A DNA stretch of 63,898 nucleotides, the filler included, from Kipferlia bialata (lineage: Eukaryota), in NCBI GenBank assembly GCA_003568945.1. It is 6 parts of 6 records of this genome, joined end to end, with 100 filler letters (N's around TTAATTAATTAA, not from the genome) between each part and the next. Parts side by side here need not be neighbours in the genome. Positions count along the whole stretch, not along the records: positions 40,310 to 53,621 come from BDIP01000959.1; positions 53,722 to 62,049 come from BDIP01000979.1; 4 more parts are not named here. One strand, given 5' to 3'. A program made the position numbers and the translations under genes. The notes under the pieces were generated by a model, which saw only the letters and a program-made list of their open reading frames with translations, was not told where the DNA came from and did not search any database. Shown here piece after piece: positions 41,499-53,769 of this stretch (the stretch's first letter is position 1; each line of letters starts with the position of its first letter).

Positions 41499-44400
41499 CC
41501 CAGTATCAGTGCTGCCTCTGGGTCTGTGTCCCATGTCAAGGTGCCCCCATCCCTACCAGCCCAGGTCAGTATATTTATATCCCCCCCCATATACTCCTCT
41601 TACTATATGTGTCTGAGTCTGGCATCTCTCTCTCTCTGTCTCTCTCCCTCCTTACCCTAGGCCTCTGACGAAGCCATGGATCAGTCTCTCTCTCTCTCTC
41701 TTAACATTAGGTGTCTGAGACTGCCATGGACCAGTGCCTTGCTGTGGTGTCAGGGGTGCTAGATAGTGCAGGGGAGAGGGATCAGGCAGAGGGAGAGGGA
41801 GGCCTCACAGAGTCACAGGTGGGCACATTACCCTCTCTCTCTCTCTCTCTCTTTCTATCTCTCTTTCTATCTCTGTCTGCACCCTCATTTACCCCCAGGG
41901 AGAGAGAGACCTCTCCAGACTGGACATCCTGGCTGGGTTCTGTGCTCTGCTGGCAGCCAGGTATATATACAGTGTATATGTGTCAATTCCAGTACACGTT
42001 TATACCGTAGTACACTACTACTTTGAAATATATAGCTAGGTATATATATATGTATAGTGTAAATACATAATTTTGATACACTTGTCTAATAGGTACTCTT
42101 CTGCCGCCTCTGACTTACTTGCCCTCCATGCCTAACATTGATATATAGTATGTATATGCTATATACACAATAGTACTCACTACCCTCTTACTCTTACACA
42201 CAGGTATTCCTCCGCCGCCACTTTTGACCAGCTTATCCTCAGTCTCTCTCTCTCTCTCTCCTATACTCTCTCTTACTCTCAGGTATTCCTCCGCTGCCAC
42301 TTCTGACCAGATTGTCCTCAGGACCCTTCTGTCACTGGCAGACACCATAGAGACACTCTCCATGGCCATACCCAACAAGGGGGAGAGAGGGGGTGAGGGC
42401 GAGAGTGAGTATGTGCCCCTCCTTCCTGTCACCATGGCCTGCATAGCCATAGCCATCCCATCATTGCTAGGTACAGTGCATTATACTAGCTGTACATGTA
42501 TATATATATATATATCTATTCCTATATATGTGTATATGTATACTGATACTGTCTCCATGGCGTGCATAGCCATAGCCATCCCATCATTGCTAGGTATATA
42601 TATATATGTACAATAGCCATTCCATCATAGCTGGGTACAGTGTATTATAGCCATTCTATCATTGCTATGTATATATACGTGTACAGTGGCTATATATGTA
42701 CATGTATGTTTGAATGCTCAGCACTTGTGAGCTGTTATGATATTATTGTCAGCATTGTATGGATACATTCTCTACCCCCAGGCCGGTTAAGGACAGACGA
42801 CCCTTTCAGAGAGAGAGAGAGGATAGCAGATGCAGAGTATGTATCTGACCTGGACGATGACATAGATGGAGAGGGAGAGAGAGAGAAAGATGGCCCCGTC
42901 TGTGGCAGAGTGATACCAGCTGTAGTTGCCGCACTCTCGGGTGTGTTGGAACAGGTTGGGGCAGCGTCTGGAGCGTCTGGAGCGTCTGGAGCATCTAGGA
43001 CGTCTGAGTCTTCTAACTCCCCTAATCAGGACCCCACCCACCACACCCTGTCTCTGCTCTGTGCCCATGCTGTGCTGAGGATACTGTCCCTGCCAGTGGC
43101 AGCAGGTATGCAGTCATATATGTATACATATTGAAATTTGTATTAACACATTCACTATTTTCTCCATACATGTCTTAGAATCACTAACCCTTCCAGGTCG
43201 CAACTGGAATATGATATATTAGCACTAGTCTCCTCTCTCTCTCTCTCTCTCTTATCCCGTAGGTCTTTCTGCCCTTACTGCCGTTGACCCTCTTGTCTCT
43301 CTCTATGCCGCTGTCTTTGCCGCTGTGAGTGCTGCTGTGGGGACACCTCTGAGACCTGAGATAGGGGCAATTCTACTAAGGTAGAAACCTACTTGACTAT
43401 TGGATACACTAATCATCTCTGCAACTCTCTCCTCTTCTCATGTCCAGGGTTCTGTCCCTCCAGGTCTCTCTGAGGTGTCTGCTGAGGGTGCCCAACTTCT
43501 TGAGGTATCATTCATTCATATATATATAAATATAGATATATAGGCTGTTGTGTATACTCACACATATACTTACATCCAGAGAGGCTCTATATCTCTGTGT
43601 GTGTCTGTTCCATATGTATACACTGCACTTATATACTTATATACTGTAGTGTGTATACTGACATCTAGGGAAGCCCTGTCCCTGTGCGTGGGTCTGTGCT
43701 GTGTGCCCTCCCCTGACCCATGCCTCATACCACTGGTGTCAGCTGCAAAGGGGTTTGTAGGTATATGCATACTCATGTTAGTTTATATATACTGATCTGA
43801 CTTATATATTTACATATGCACTAGTTTCCAGGAACAGTGCTCTGTGACTGGTTTGTATCTGCCAATGATTTATGTTTACATATATATAACTGTATACACT
43901 TGTCGTACTGATACTGATACATATACTGACTCTTTTACCCAGGCACTGTGTTACTCTGTGACTCCTTTGTATCTGCCAAGGATATAATACTGAATATTAA
44001 TGTATAACTGGAATATAGTGTTATGTATTTTTATACACGTATACTCATGCCAGGTACCGTGCTGCTGTGCGACTCCTTTGTATCTGCCAAGGACAGAGCC
44101 AAGGATATGTATATATATATATATATATGTATATAATTATAGTATCAATACACTAATTGTAAGGTACTGTGCTGCTGTGCGACTCCTTTGTGCCTGCCAA
44201 GGACAGAGAGGGACAGACAGGGAGACAGGAGGTGGAGAGACTGCTGGGGGCCATAGAGACAGGGGTGAGTACTTTTACGTATATATAGAGACTGCTGGGG
44301 ACCATAGAGACAGGGGTGGGTATTCATATACCACACTTAGTTGTCCATACATTCATACACACACATATATATATATATTTATATGAATATAGTATGTGTA

Positions 44401-45253
44401 TAGTATGTGTATAGTACTGCTCTCTGGAGAGACTGCTGGGGACCATAGAGACAGGGGTAAGTACCATTCCATAGCAGTGTGTATGCTATAGAGACAGGGG
44501 TAAGTACTTGTGCTTAGCGGTTTGAATATTTGTGTATATCGGGGGTGAATTGTCATATTATTATATGGAGAGGTGCTGGGGGCCTATTAACAGGGGTGCG
44601 AATTTATACTCGTGTTTTTGGGTACTTCTAAGTGCTACACTCAGGATATCCCCTTAGGCTGCCATGTGGCATATTTATGTATGCATATAGGAGTATAAAT
44701 ATGATTCTCCAACCCTTCAGGGAGAGACCCTGCAGCGCGAGGCCCAGAGAGGGTTCAGTGAGTATCTGAGAAGGTATGGTGTACCATTCTCTGATCTGTC
44801 TGTCTCTCTATGTATATCATTTATCTCTCTCTCTCTCTCTCTCTCTACATATAGTATTTACTCCTAGATACAACCTCCCCAGTGACATGGCCGTCCTGTC
44901 ATTCAGTATTTCTCTCTCTCTCTTTATACATATATATATATATATACTCTAACCCATAGGTACAACATTCCCAGTGACATGGCCGTCCTGTCCTTTAGGG
45001 TCATGGGCCCAATGACAGACAAGGTACAGTATATACATACACACACACACACATATATATGTATAGGATTACACTGTATACCACTAGGGAGTCGTGTTTT
45101 AGATGATACATATGTGTGGTCATTCAGGGTCATGGGACCAAAGACCGACAAGGTACAGTATCTCTCTCTCTCTTTATTGGTATTAATTTACATATCTGAC
45201 CCCACCAGATTGTCCAGGTCACTAGCGACATCCCAGTTCTCAAGTACAGCTAG
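40927..45253 (+). CDS. Hypothetical helical (HEAT/ARM-like) protein, about 15 exons; start uncertain
   Basis: Leu/Ala/Ser-rich GT-AG exons (e.g. YSSAATSDQIVLRTLLSLADTIETL, LSLLCAHAVLRILSLP). Final exons YNIPSDMAVLSFRVMGPMTDK|IVQVTSDIPVLKYS*, stop TAG 45251-45253. Confidence 0.6.
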
Positions 45254-45275
45254 AGACACACCCTGACACTGGCTC

Positions 45276-45310
<35 letters not shown>

Positions 45311-46151
45311 AGGGTCTCAGCTCTGAGTGTGCAAGTTCTATTGTACTATTACTTATTGTTTGTTGTTTTCTTGTGTATATGTGCCTTTGATGTTCAGTTG
45401 ATTATCTCAGGGATTGAGATATGACATCTACGTTCTGTAAATTGAAGGTAGTGGTCAATTACCCGTGATACAATGTATGTGTGTTGATGGTCTTAGAATC
45501 TAAGACCATATATATCTAAGTTAGATAGAGAGACAAACATCACAAAAAGGGTTTGAGGGCAGATTTGCAAAAGTGGCCCCTCTTCCCAGGCATGTCACAT
45601 CCACGACCTTATACCGACTCTGGAGACAGACAACTGCTATTTCAGCCGTAGATCTCTTCGACCTGCCTCCATTCCACCAGATAAATCACACATTGATTCA
45701 ATAGTGAGTGCAAAGTGAGTAAGGGTGTAGCATATCTGACCAAAAATATCGCAAGGGTGCAGTCTCGTTCTGATTGTCGTTTGTACATGGACTCCCCAGG
45801 GTTAAATGACGCAACAACCCGATACAGGGAGAGATTAAATAAATAGAGTGTCAGTTAGGTACCCCAGTACAGCGATTAGACTGGCGCTATTCAGGAGATC
45901 ATGCTTCAAGTGACCGTACAGCAAACCAACATCCCTAGCCTACAAAAAACTGAAAATCAGTTCTGCTACTTAATCCAATGATTCTTGTACAAATGTCGAT
46001 GTTGTTGCTTTCCTTGACACTCTCGGCACTCGGACGATCGGTTTGAGTGTGTTCTGAGCGCCCATTGTGTCCAGAAGGAGCTCCCCCTTGCGTTGGAGCG
46101 AGCGAGCGAGCTAGAGCGAGCTAGAGCGAGGTGCGTGTGTGTGTGCGCGGC

Positions 46152-48718
46152 ATGGCTGAGCCCCCTGTTGGCAAGGAGTGCATGGCCATATCCTGCACAG
46201 GCAGTGAGAGCACGGGGTCGGAGCCCGTGCAAGATGCGCATCCCGCCGTTGCCGACGACCATGTGGAGATATGCATGGAGGAGTGCGGTGAGGCAGAGGG
46301 AGAGAGAGGGGCAGAGATGGAGGTGCTGGGTGCCAGTGCATCTAGCAACCTCGAGGACCTGTCTGATGAGCAGCTTGGCGCCATGTTTGCCCACCTGGGC
46401 GAGGACCAGATCGAGGCCCTGATCGATGCCACCTTGAAGGAGGAGGAGGAGCGGGAGGAGGCAGAGAGGTTGGTATTGGGTGCATCTTTCTTTTTCTTTC
46501 TCTCTCTCTCATCCCAGGCCTCCCCCACCCGAGAGGGACAGCAAGGGGTACATCGGGCCCGGCAGTTACTTCACGTGCATGGCCTTCATGGTGGTCATGT
46601 CCGCCATACTCCTGCTGAGGGTGATTGTGTTCCCATCGTCGCCGTCCTTCCAGTACACCTTCGGTACGCATCTCCCTCTCATATCATTATCTGTGTTAAT
46701 GATGTACACCCCGCCTCAATACACTACACATATATACTTTATTGCTTAGTGGGAGCACTCCATGCCTGATACATTTGGCATGTTCAGATATGTGTCCATA
46801 TTGTATCCGTATTGGATCAATATTGTATCCATATTCAGTGTGCGTCGATGTCGATGTTCCTACTTCATAGCTCTCTCTCTCTCCCTCTCTATTCAGTGTG
46901 CATCGATGTCGATGTTGGTGTTCCTTCTCCCGACCTCTCACTCATGCTATGTCGTTGACGGCATCTGCATCTCTCTCTCTCTCTCTCTCTCTCGCTCATC
47001 CTAGGCAACTACGTCTCTGTCTATGCCGTTGACGGCATCTGCCTCCTCATCAGCGTCTACCTCTTCCTCTCCATCCGTGCCACCGGTTGCTCACCTGTGC
47101 AGATGTACACCAGTGGGTGAGTGTGTATATTCTCTCTCCCCCCACTTTGTCTCACCCTGTTCCTCCAGACCCTCTTCATCTCTCTCTCTCTCTCTCTCTC
47201 TTGCCGTCTCACCCTTAGTGGTATCCTGTTCCTCCAAACCCTCTTCCTGTTAGTGCTGGTAGAGTATCAAGGAGATGACTCACCCATATTCCCATTCGGA
47301 GAGATATGCATATCGCAGTCACAGGTACTGACTCTCTCTCCCTCTCTCCCTCTCTCTCTCTCTCAATTCCCCCATATTCCCACACGGAGAGATATGCTCG
47401 CAGTCTCTCTCTCCCCCTCTACACCCTTTAACCCCAGTTCCTCTACTTCGTTGAGGCTGCCGGTACCACCATCACTACTCTCTCTCTCCCCCTCTACACC
47501 CTTTNTTGAGGCTGCCGGTACCACCATCACTACTCTCTCTCTCCCCCTCTACACCCTTTACCCCCAGTTCCTCTACTTTGTTGAGGCTGCCGGTACCACC
47601 ATCACGGCCCTCGGCAAGAACGTGGCCTATGGGTACTCCTTTGTGTGCCTCGTGGTGTCAGCATACTGTACGTGTATATGTATATATATATGTCTATCTA
47701 TATATGTGTATTAATATATATGAACGTGGCCTATGGATACTCCTTTGTGTGCCTGGTGGTGTCAGCATACTGTACGTGTATAAAATATATATATATATGT
47801 GTATATGTCTATCTATATGTATTTATATACAAGAACGTGGCCTATGGATACTCCTTTGTGCCTGGTGGTGTCAGCATACTGTACGTCTCTCTCTCTCTCT
47901 CTCTCTATCCCCCATTCTTATCGGGGGTCTAGTAATTTCAACAATTCTAATAGAATATTCATTTCTTTCTTCTCTCTCTCTCTCTATATATATATATATA
48001 CATAACTCACCCCAGTCCTGTTGTCCTGGTACCCCCTTGTCTCTGTGGAGTATGCTGTGCCATCCATACTGGTCCTGTGGCTCACAACCGTCAACCTGTA
48101 CGTAGTAATATATATATACATATACTCAATATGTTATAGTGTATATGTCTACCCTGACCCCACCAGGATGCAACATCCATGTTTACTACTATCTATATAT
48201 ATGTACTGTATAATACTAGTGTATACTCTTACCCACCAGGATGCGCAACAGCCGTGACGAGAAGGCCATATATACTATTACATATACTATATATATATTT
48301 GTATTAATATCATATTATCTATCTGTATATTCCCTAACCCCCTAGGATGCGCAACAGCCGTTACCAGGATTCCATGTTTATTACTATCTATATATATGTA
48401 CTGTATAATACTAGTGTATATTGCCTAACCCCCTAGGATGCGTAACAGCCGTGACGAGAAGGCCATATATACTATTACATATACTATATATATATTTATC
48501 ATATACTATATATATTTTTGTATTCATATATATATATCTACCTGTATATTCTCTAACCCCCTAGGATGCGTAACAGCCGTGACGAGAAGGCCATTATCGA
48601 GGGACAGGCAGTGAGGATGAACAGGTAGTGTATATAGTGTATATATATATACATATATATGAATGGGTTGTTGTATGTACATTGTCATTGAGGGACAGGC
48701 AGTCAGGATGAACAGGTA

Positions 48719-48761
<43 letters not shown>

Positions 48762-49287
48762 CCTTTTATACCTAGGGACCTCCAGGCCTCCCTGTCTGTC
48801 TCTCTGTCTCTGTCTCCATGTCTCTCTCTCTCTCTCTCTCCCTCTCTCTCTTATGTCTAGGGACCTCCAGGCCTCTCTGTCTGTCTTCTACTCCTCCCTG
48901 CCCAAGGCCCTCAGGAGATACGTCACAAGACCTGCACTGGAGTACCAGGTATGTATATAGATATACATGTATTGTATATATGTAGGTGTATATATATATA
49001 GTGTTATGTTTATATTAGCACTCAGGAGATACGTCACAAGGCCAGCATTGGAGTATCAGGTATATATATATTAAATACACACAAAAATATAGAGAAATAT
49101 GTATATATGTATAGAGATATGTGACTAGACCTGCCCTGGAGTACCAGGTATGTGTATAGATATATATAAATAGAGAGAGAGAGAGACAGATATATATGTG
49201 ACTATATCTGCCCTGGAGTACCATGTAGATGGAGTATCCCCCCCTCCCCCCCTTTCTTTGTTGTGTCTGATACACATTAGCCGCTTG

Positions 49288-49321
<34 letters not shown>

Positions 49322-49423
49322 TATGCATAGGAGAGAGAGGCCCAGAGGCAGGCCGAACTGAAGGCGAAGAGGGCAAAGAAGAAGGCATCCATAAGGTATG
49401 GGTACATATTTATATATACATAC

Positions 49424-49457
<34 letters not shown>

Positions 49458-50166
49458 CTGAAGGCGAAGAGGGCCAAGTTGAGAGCATCCATTAGGTATA
49501 GATGTATAGATACATATAGATATATAGAGAGAGGGGGAGAGAGAGAGTGAAGAGGGCATCCATCAAGAATGTGATAGTACCTATATATTGCAAGACAGAG
49601 AGAGAAAGATCCATCACTCACCCCAAGGGAGAGACTGATGAGACTGCCAGAATATATATACGAACTAGTATATGATATATATATATATATATTAGTATAT
49701 ACACGCACTAATAATGATATATATATGTCTCTCACCCCAGGGAGAGACTGATGAGACTGCCTGCCCTGCCCATCAGGATAAGGGAGCCAGAGACAGGTAT
49801 ACATATATACATTATATGTATATATACATATACATATATAGAGAGAGAGTATATATGTATATGGAGAGAGAGACTGCCTGCCCTGCCCATCAGGATAAGG
49901 GAGCCAGAGACAGGTATGTATATATACATTATATGTATATATTCTACGCGTACACTTCCCACCCCCCAGATGCCGACAAGGACTCCCCCCCCCCCTCTTC
50001 CAACTATCGTATATACAGTTATAATAGTGATCTTGTCAAGTATATATATATTAGTAGTGTGTTATATATGCGCATGTCTCACCTCCAGATGCCGACAAGG
50101 ACTCCTCCCCCTCTGAGATGGGACTGGCACGGCCCAAGAAGAAGAGCAGGTATATATATATATGTG

Positions 50167-50203
<37 letters not shown>

Positions 50204-50660
50204 TGTGTATATATTAATATATATATGTATGTGTGTGTGACTGGCCCGGCCCAAGAAGAAGAGCAGGTATCTCTCTCTCTCTCTCTCTACACCCTTATTT
50301 CGCTCTCTCACTCTCTAGGAAGGGTGGCCTTGATGCCTCCCCCATCGGCAGGTCCTTCTCCCTTGGGTCACTGGATACACTGGCAGAGACCAGGCTGCCA
50401 GATACAGAGATAGACACAGGTATATATATATACATATATATATACATATATATATATACATATATATATATATGTGTGTGTCTATCATGTATATATCTAC
50501 ACTGGCAGAGACCAGGCTGCCAGACACAGAGATAGATACAGGTATATATAGATATATGTATATACATATATACATATATATATATGTGTCTATCATGTAT
50601 ATATCTACACTGGCAGAGACCAGGCTACCAGACACACACAGTGAGACAGACACAGGTATG

Positions 50661-50711
<51 letters not shown>

Positions 50712-50749
50712 TCTCTCTTACAGCAGACTCTGCCTCTGAGACCATGGTC

Positions 50750-50780
<31 letters not shown>

Positions 50781-51644
50781 ATATATGCCCACTCTCTTAC
50801 CCCAGACTCTGCCTCTGAGACCATATCCTCTCTCTCTCTCTCTCTATCTATATATATATATATATATACCCTTTCTCTTACAGCAGACTCTGCCTCTGAG
50901 ACCATGGTGGTGGCTGGCCCACACACAGAGGTGGAGGACGTGATAGGTAGGAGCATACATGTATATATTCATATATATATATGTAGTAGTATAATAGCTA
51001 TATATATATATACATGTATGGTGGTGGCTGGGCCACACACAGAGGTGGAGGACGTGATAGGTAGGAGTTAGTGTATATGGCATATGTATATATTGCTATG
51101 TACATATACAGTTAGTGGACTTATCTCTCTCTCCCTCCGTTTACGATATATATATGTGTGTATCTGTCTCTAACCTCAAGGTGGTAGCAAGCAGGTTGTG
51201 CAGCACCTTCCCCCTGTGTATTACTATATACATACATGTATAAATACCATTATTATTATTATGTAGTGTATGATCTTACCCCCAGGCTCCAGCAAGCAGG
51301 TTGTGCAGCACCTGCCTAAGAAGGAGTCCAAGGAACACCTCAGGCCAGGTATGCATTTAAGTATAAATTAGTACATATATGTATATATAAATTCATATAT
51401 ATATATATATATATATATAGGTGTGTATGGAATCCAAGGAACACCTCAGGCCAGGTATTCATAGTTATATATATATATATATGATGAGTACATTGCATTT
51501 CTCTCTCTCTTTCTCTCTACACCCTTATACTAGGCATGATCACCACCGATGAGGACATCGTCATTGCCTTTGTGGGTGTTGTCCCACTCTACCAGTCGGT
51601 GCCTGTCTTGCCATACGTCAGGGTACGCGAAGTACTATTTGGAG

Positions 51645-51676
<32 letters not shown>

Positions 51677-52193
51677 TTATTTATTTATATATCTATCTAT
51701 CTCTGATATCAGGACCTTATCCTTGTCATGCGGCAGATTGACATTACACTATGATACTATATATATATATGGATGAGTATTTGTGGTCTTCTCTATCTAT
51801 CTATATCTGATGTCTAGGACCTTATCCTTGTCATGCGGCAGATTGACATTGTGCTGGGCCAGTACGCAGGGGTGGAGAAGATCAAGGTTTGTTTATGTAT
51901 ATACCATAATATATTAATAATTTACATATTATTTCTATATATGTATCATCTACATATTGTTCTTATACTATTATGGTGTTTATGAATATATATATAACTA
52001 TCCACTACGCAGGGGTGGAGAAGATCAAGGTATATATACTCTATATATACTATTGTCTCCACTGGGAATTGAACCCGGGACTCTCCAGTGGGAATTGACC
52101 CCAGGGCTCAGATGCCAACCTGATAGTGAGGATGGCCACCAAGGGCATGGAGGCTGGGGACCAGAGAGAGGCATACAACTGCAGGTGGGTGGA

Positions 52194-52240
<47 letters not shown>

Positions 52241-52872
52241 ACCCCTTAGGCAGATGTGCATGTTTGCCCTTGCTGTGCAGATTGTCCTCCCTAGACTGAG
52301 GGCAGAGGGCAAGGCCATAGAGACCATAGCAGGTATATACTGAGTATATCAGTAATTCATGCATTCATCGGGTCTGTCACATCAGAATATATAGTACATA
52401 GTATAATATAGTGTATACTGTATCTACATGTGTATGGTGTATATATGTACATTAATGATAGGCATCCGAGTGGGTATCTGCTCTGGCTCTGTCACTGCCG
52501 GTGTCCTTGGGACATGTGAGCTCATGTACGACGTGTTTGGGGACACAGTCAACACAGCTGCAAGGTATAGTATATTATGATACACTCTTTGTATTCCTAC
52601 TCTCTCTCTCTCTCTCTCTACACCCTTAATACCCAGGCTCATGACCCATGCTGCCAACTCCTCTCTCTCTCTCTCTCTCTCTCCATCTACACCCTTAATA
52701 CCCAGGCTCATGACCCATGCTGCCAATGGACAGATCATGGTCACAGAGGGGGTGGCCAGGTATGCTATCTATTGTATGTATTCAATATAAAATATATATC
52801 TTAAACTAGATATGAAGAGCACTGCCTCACCCCCAGGTCCCTGCAGTCCCTGACCGACCTGTCCCTCTCTCC

Positions 52873-52912
<40 letters not shown>

Positions 52913-53401
52913 GCATACTTATCCCCAGGTCCCTGCAGTCTCTGACCGACCTGTCCCAGAACCCATACCCCAACCACGGCCACATGCAGGTAGTATATAG
53001 TATAATCATATGTGTATATATAGGCATATATATGGAGAGAGAGTACCCCAACCACGGCCACATGCAGGTAATATGCAGTATGTTCATCTCTATCTCTCTC
53101 TCCCCCTGTACATACTGACATCTAGCTCCTCCTGTCCCGCCCCACCTGTCTGTTCCTGAAGGGCAAGGCCTTGGTGCCAGTGAGGACAGTCACATACCCC
53201 AAATGGGTGAGTTGATATAGTATAGTATTGGTATTATATATATAGTATATATAGTATGTCTATACTATATAGGACAAGGCCCTGGTGCCAGTGAGGACAG
53301 TCACATACCCCAAATGGGTGAGTGTGTCATATATATGCATAGTAGTATTAGACACTCATATTTCCTCTAACCACTAGGTCTGGAAGCGCCAGGTCAGGCA
53401 C

Positions 53402-53437
<36 letters not shown>

Positions 53438-53557
53438 ATATAATAGCATATATATATATCTAACCCCTAGGTCTGGAAGCGCCAGATCAGGCACCGCATG
53501 GTGATATCCAGTGTGGGGCAGGGGTCAGGGGGCGCAGAGGATAGCTGGGTGGACAAG
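46152..53557 (+). CDS. Membrane class III nucleotidyl (adenylyl) cyclase, N-terminal half: acidic leader, about 5-6 TM segments and a C2-like catalytic domain; 3'-truncated
   Basis: Spliced [10 protein letters not shown]...GVEKIK|GSDAN...[49 protein letters not shown]...LFLKGK (51534-53205). TM exons at about 46560-48100. No stop before the spacer. Confidence 0.88.
48150..48720 (+). repeat. Four partial acceptor+exon-start copies and one exon-end+donor copy around a cyclase exon
   Basis: YAG|GATGCG(C/T)AACAGCCG... at about 48166 (degenerate), 48239, 48346 and 48437 before the full exon at about 48565-48623; GAGGGACAGGCAGTCAGGATGAACAG|GT at about 48690-48717. Confidence 0.9.
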
Positions 53558-53573
53558 GTATATACCATATGTG

Positions 53574-53621
<48 letters not shown>

Positions 53622-53769
53622 NNNNNNNNNNNNNNNNNNNNNNNNNNNNNNNNNNNNNNNNNNNNTTAATTAATTAANNNNNNNNNNNNNNNNNNNNNNN
53701 NNNNNNNNNNNNNNNNNNNNNTTTTATTTTTTTTCTTTTTTTCCCCCCCCCCCCCCCCCCCGACCCAAG

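Noticed and set aside
46075..46150. (GAGC)n/GAGCTAGAGC repeats upstream of the cyclase ATG
   Set aside because: Simple low-complexity repeat with no evidence of function.
27347..53121. Numerous short ORFs rich in YIYI, SLSL or ERER in the ORF track
   Set aside because: Translations of intronic (TA)n/(TC)n microsatellites or antisense shadows of real exons.
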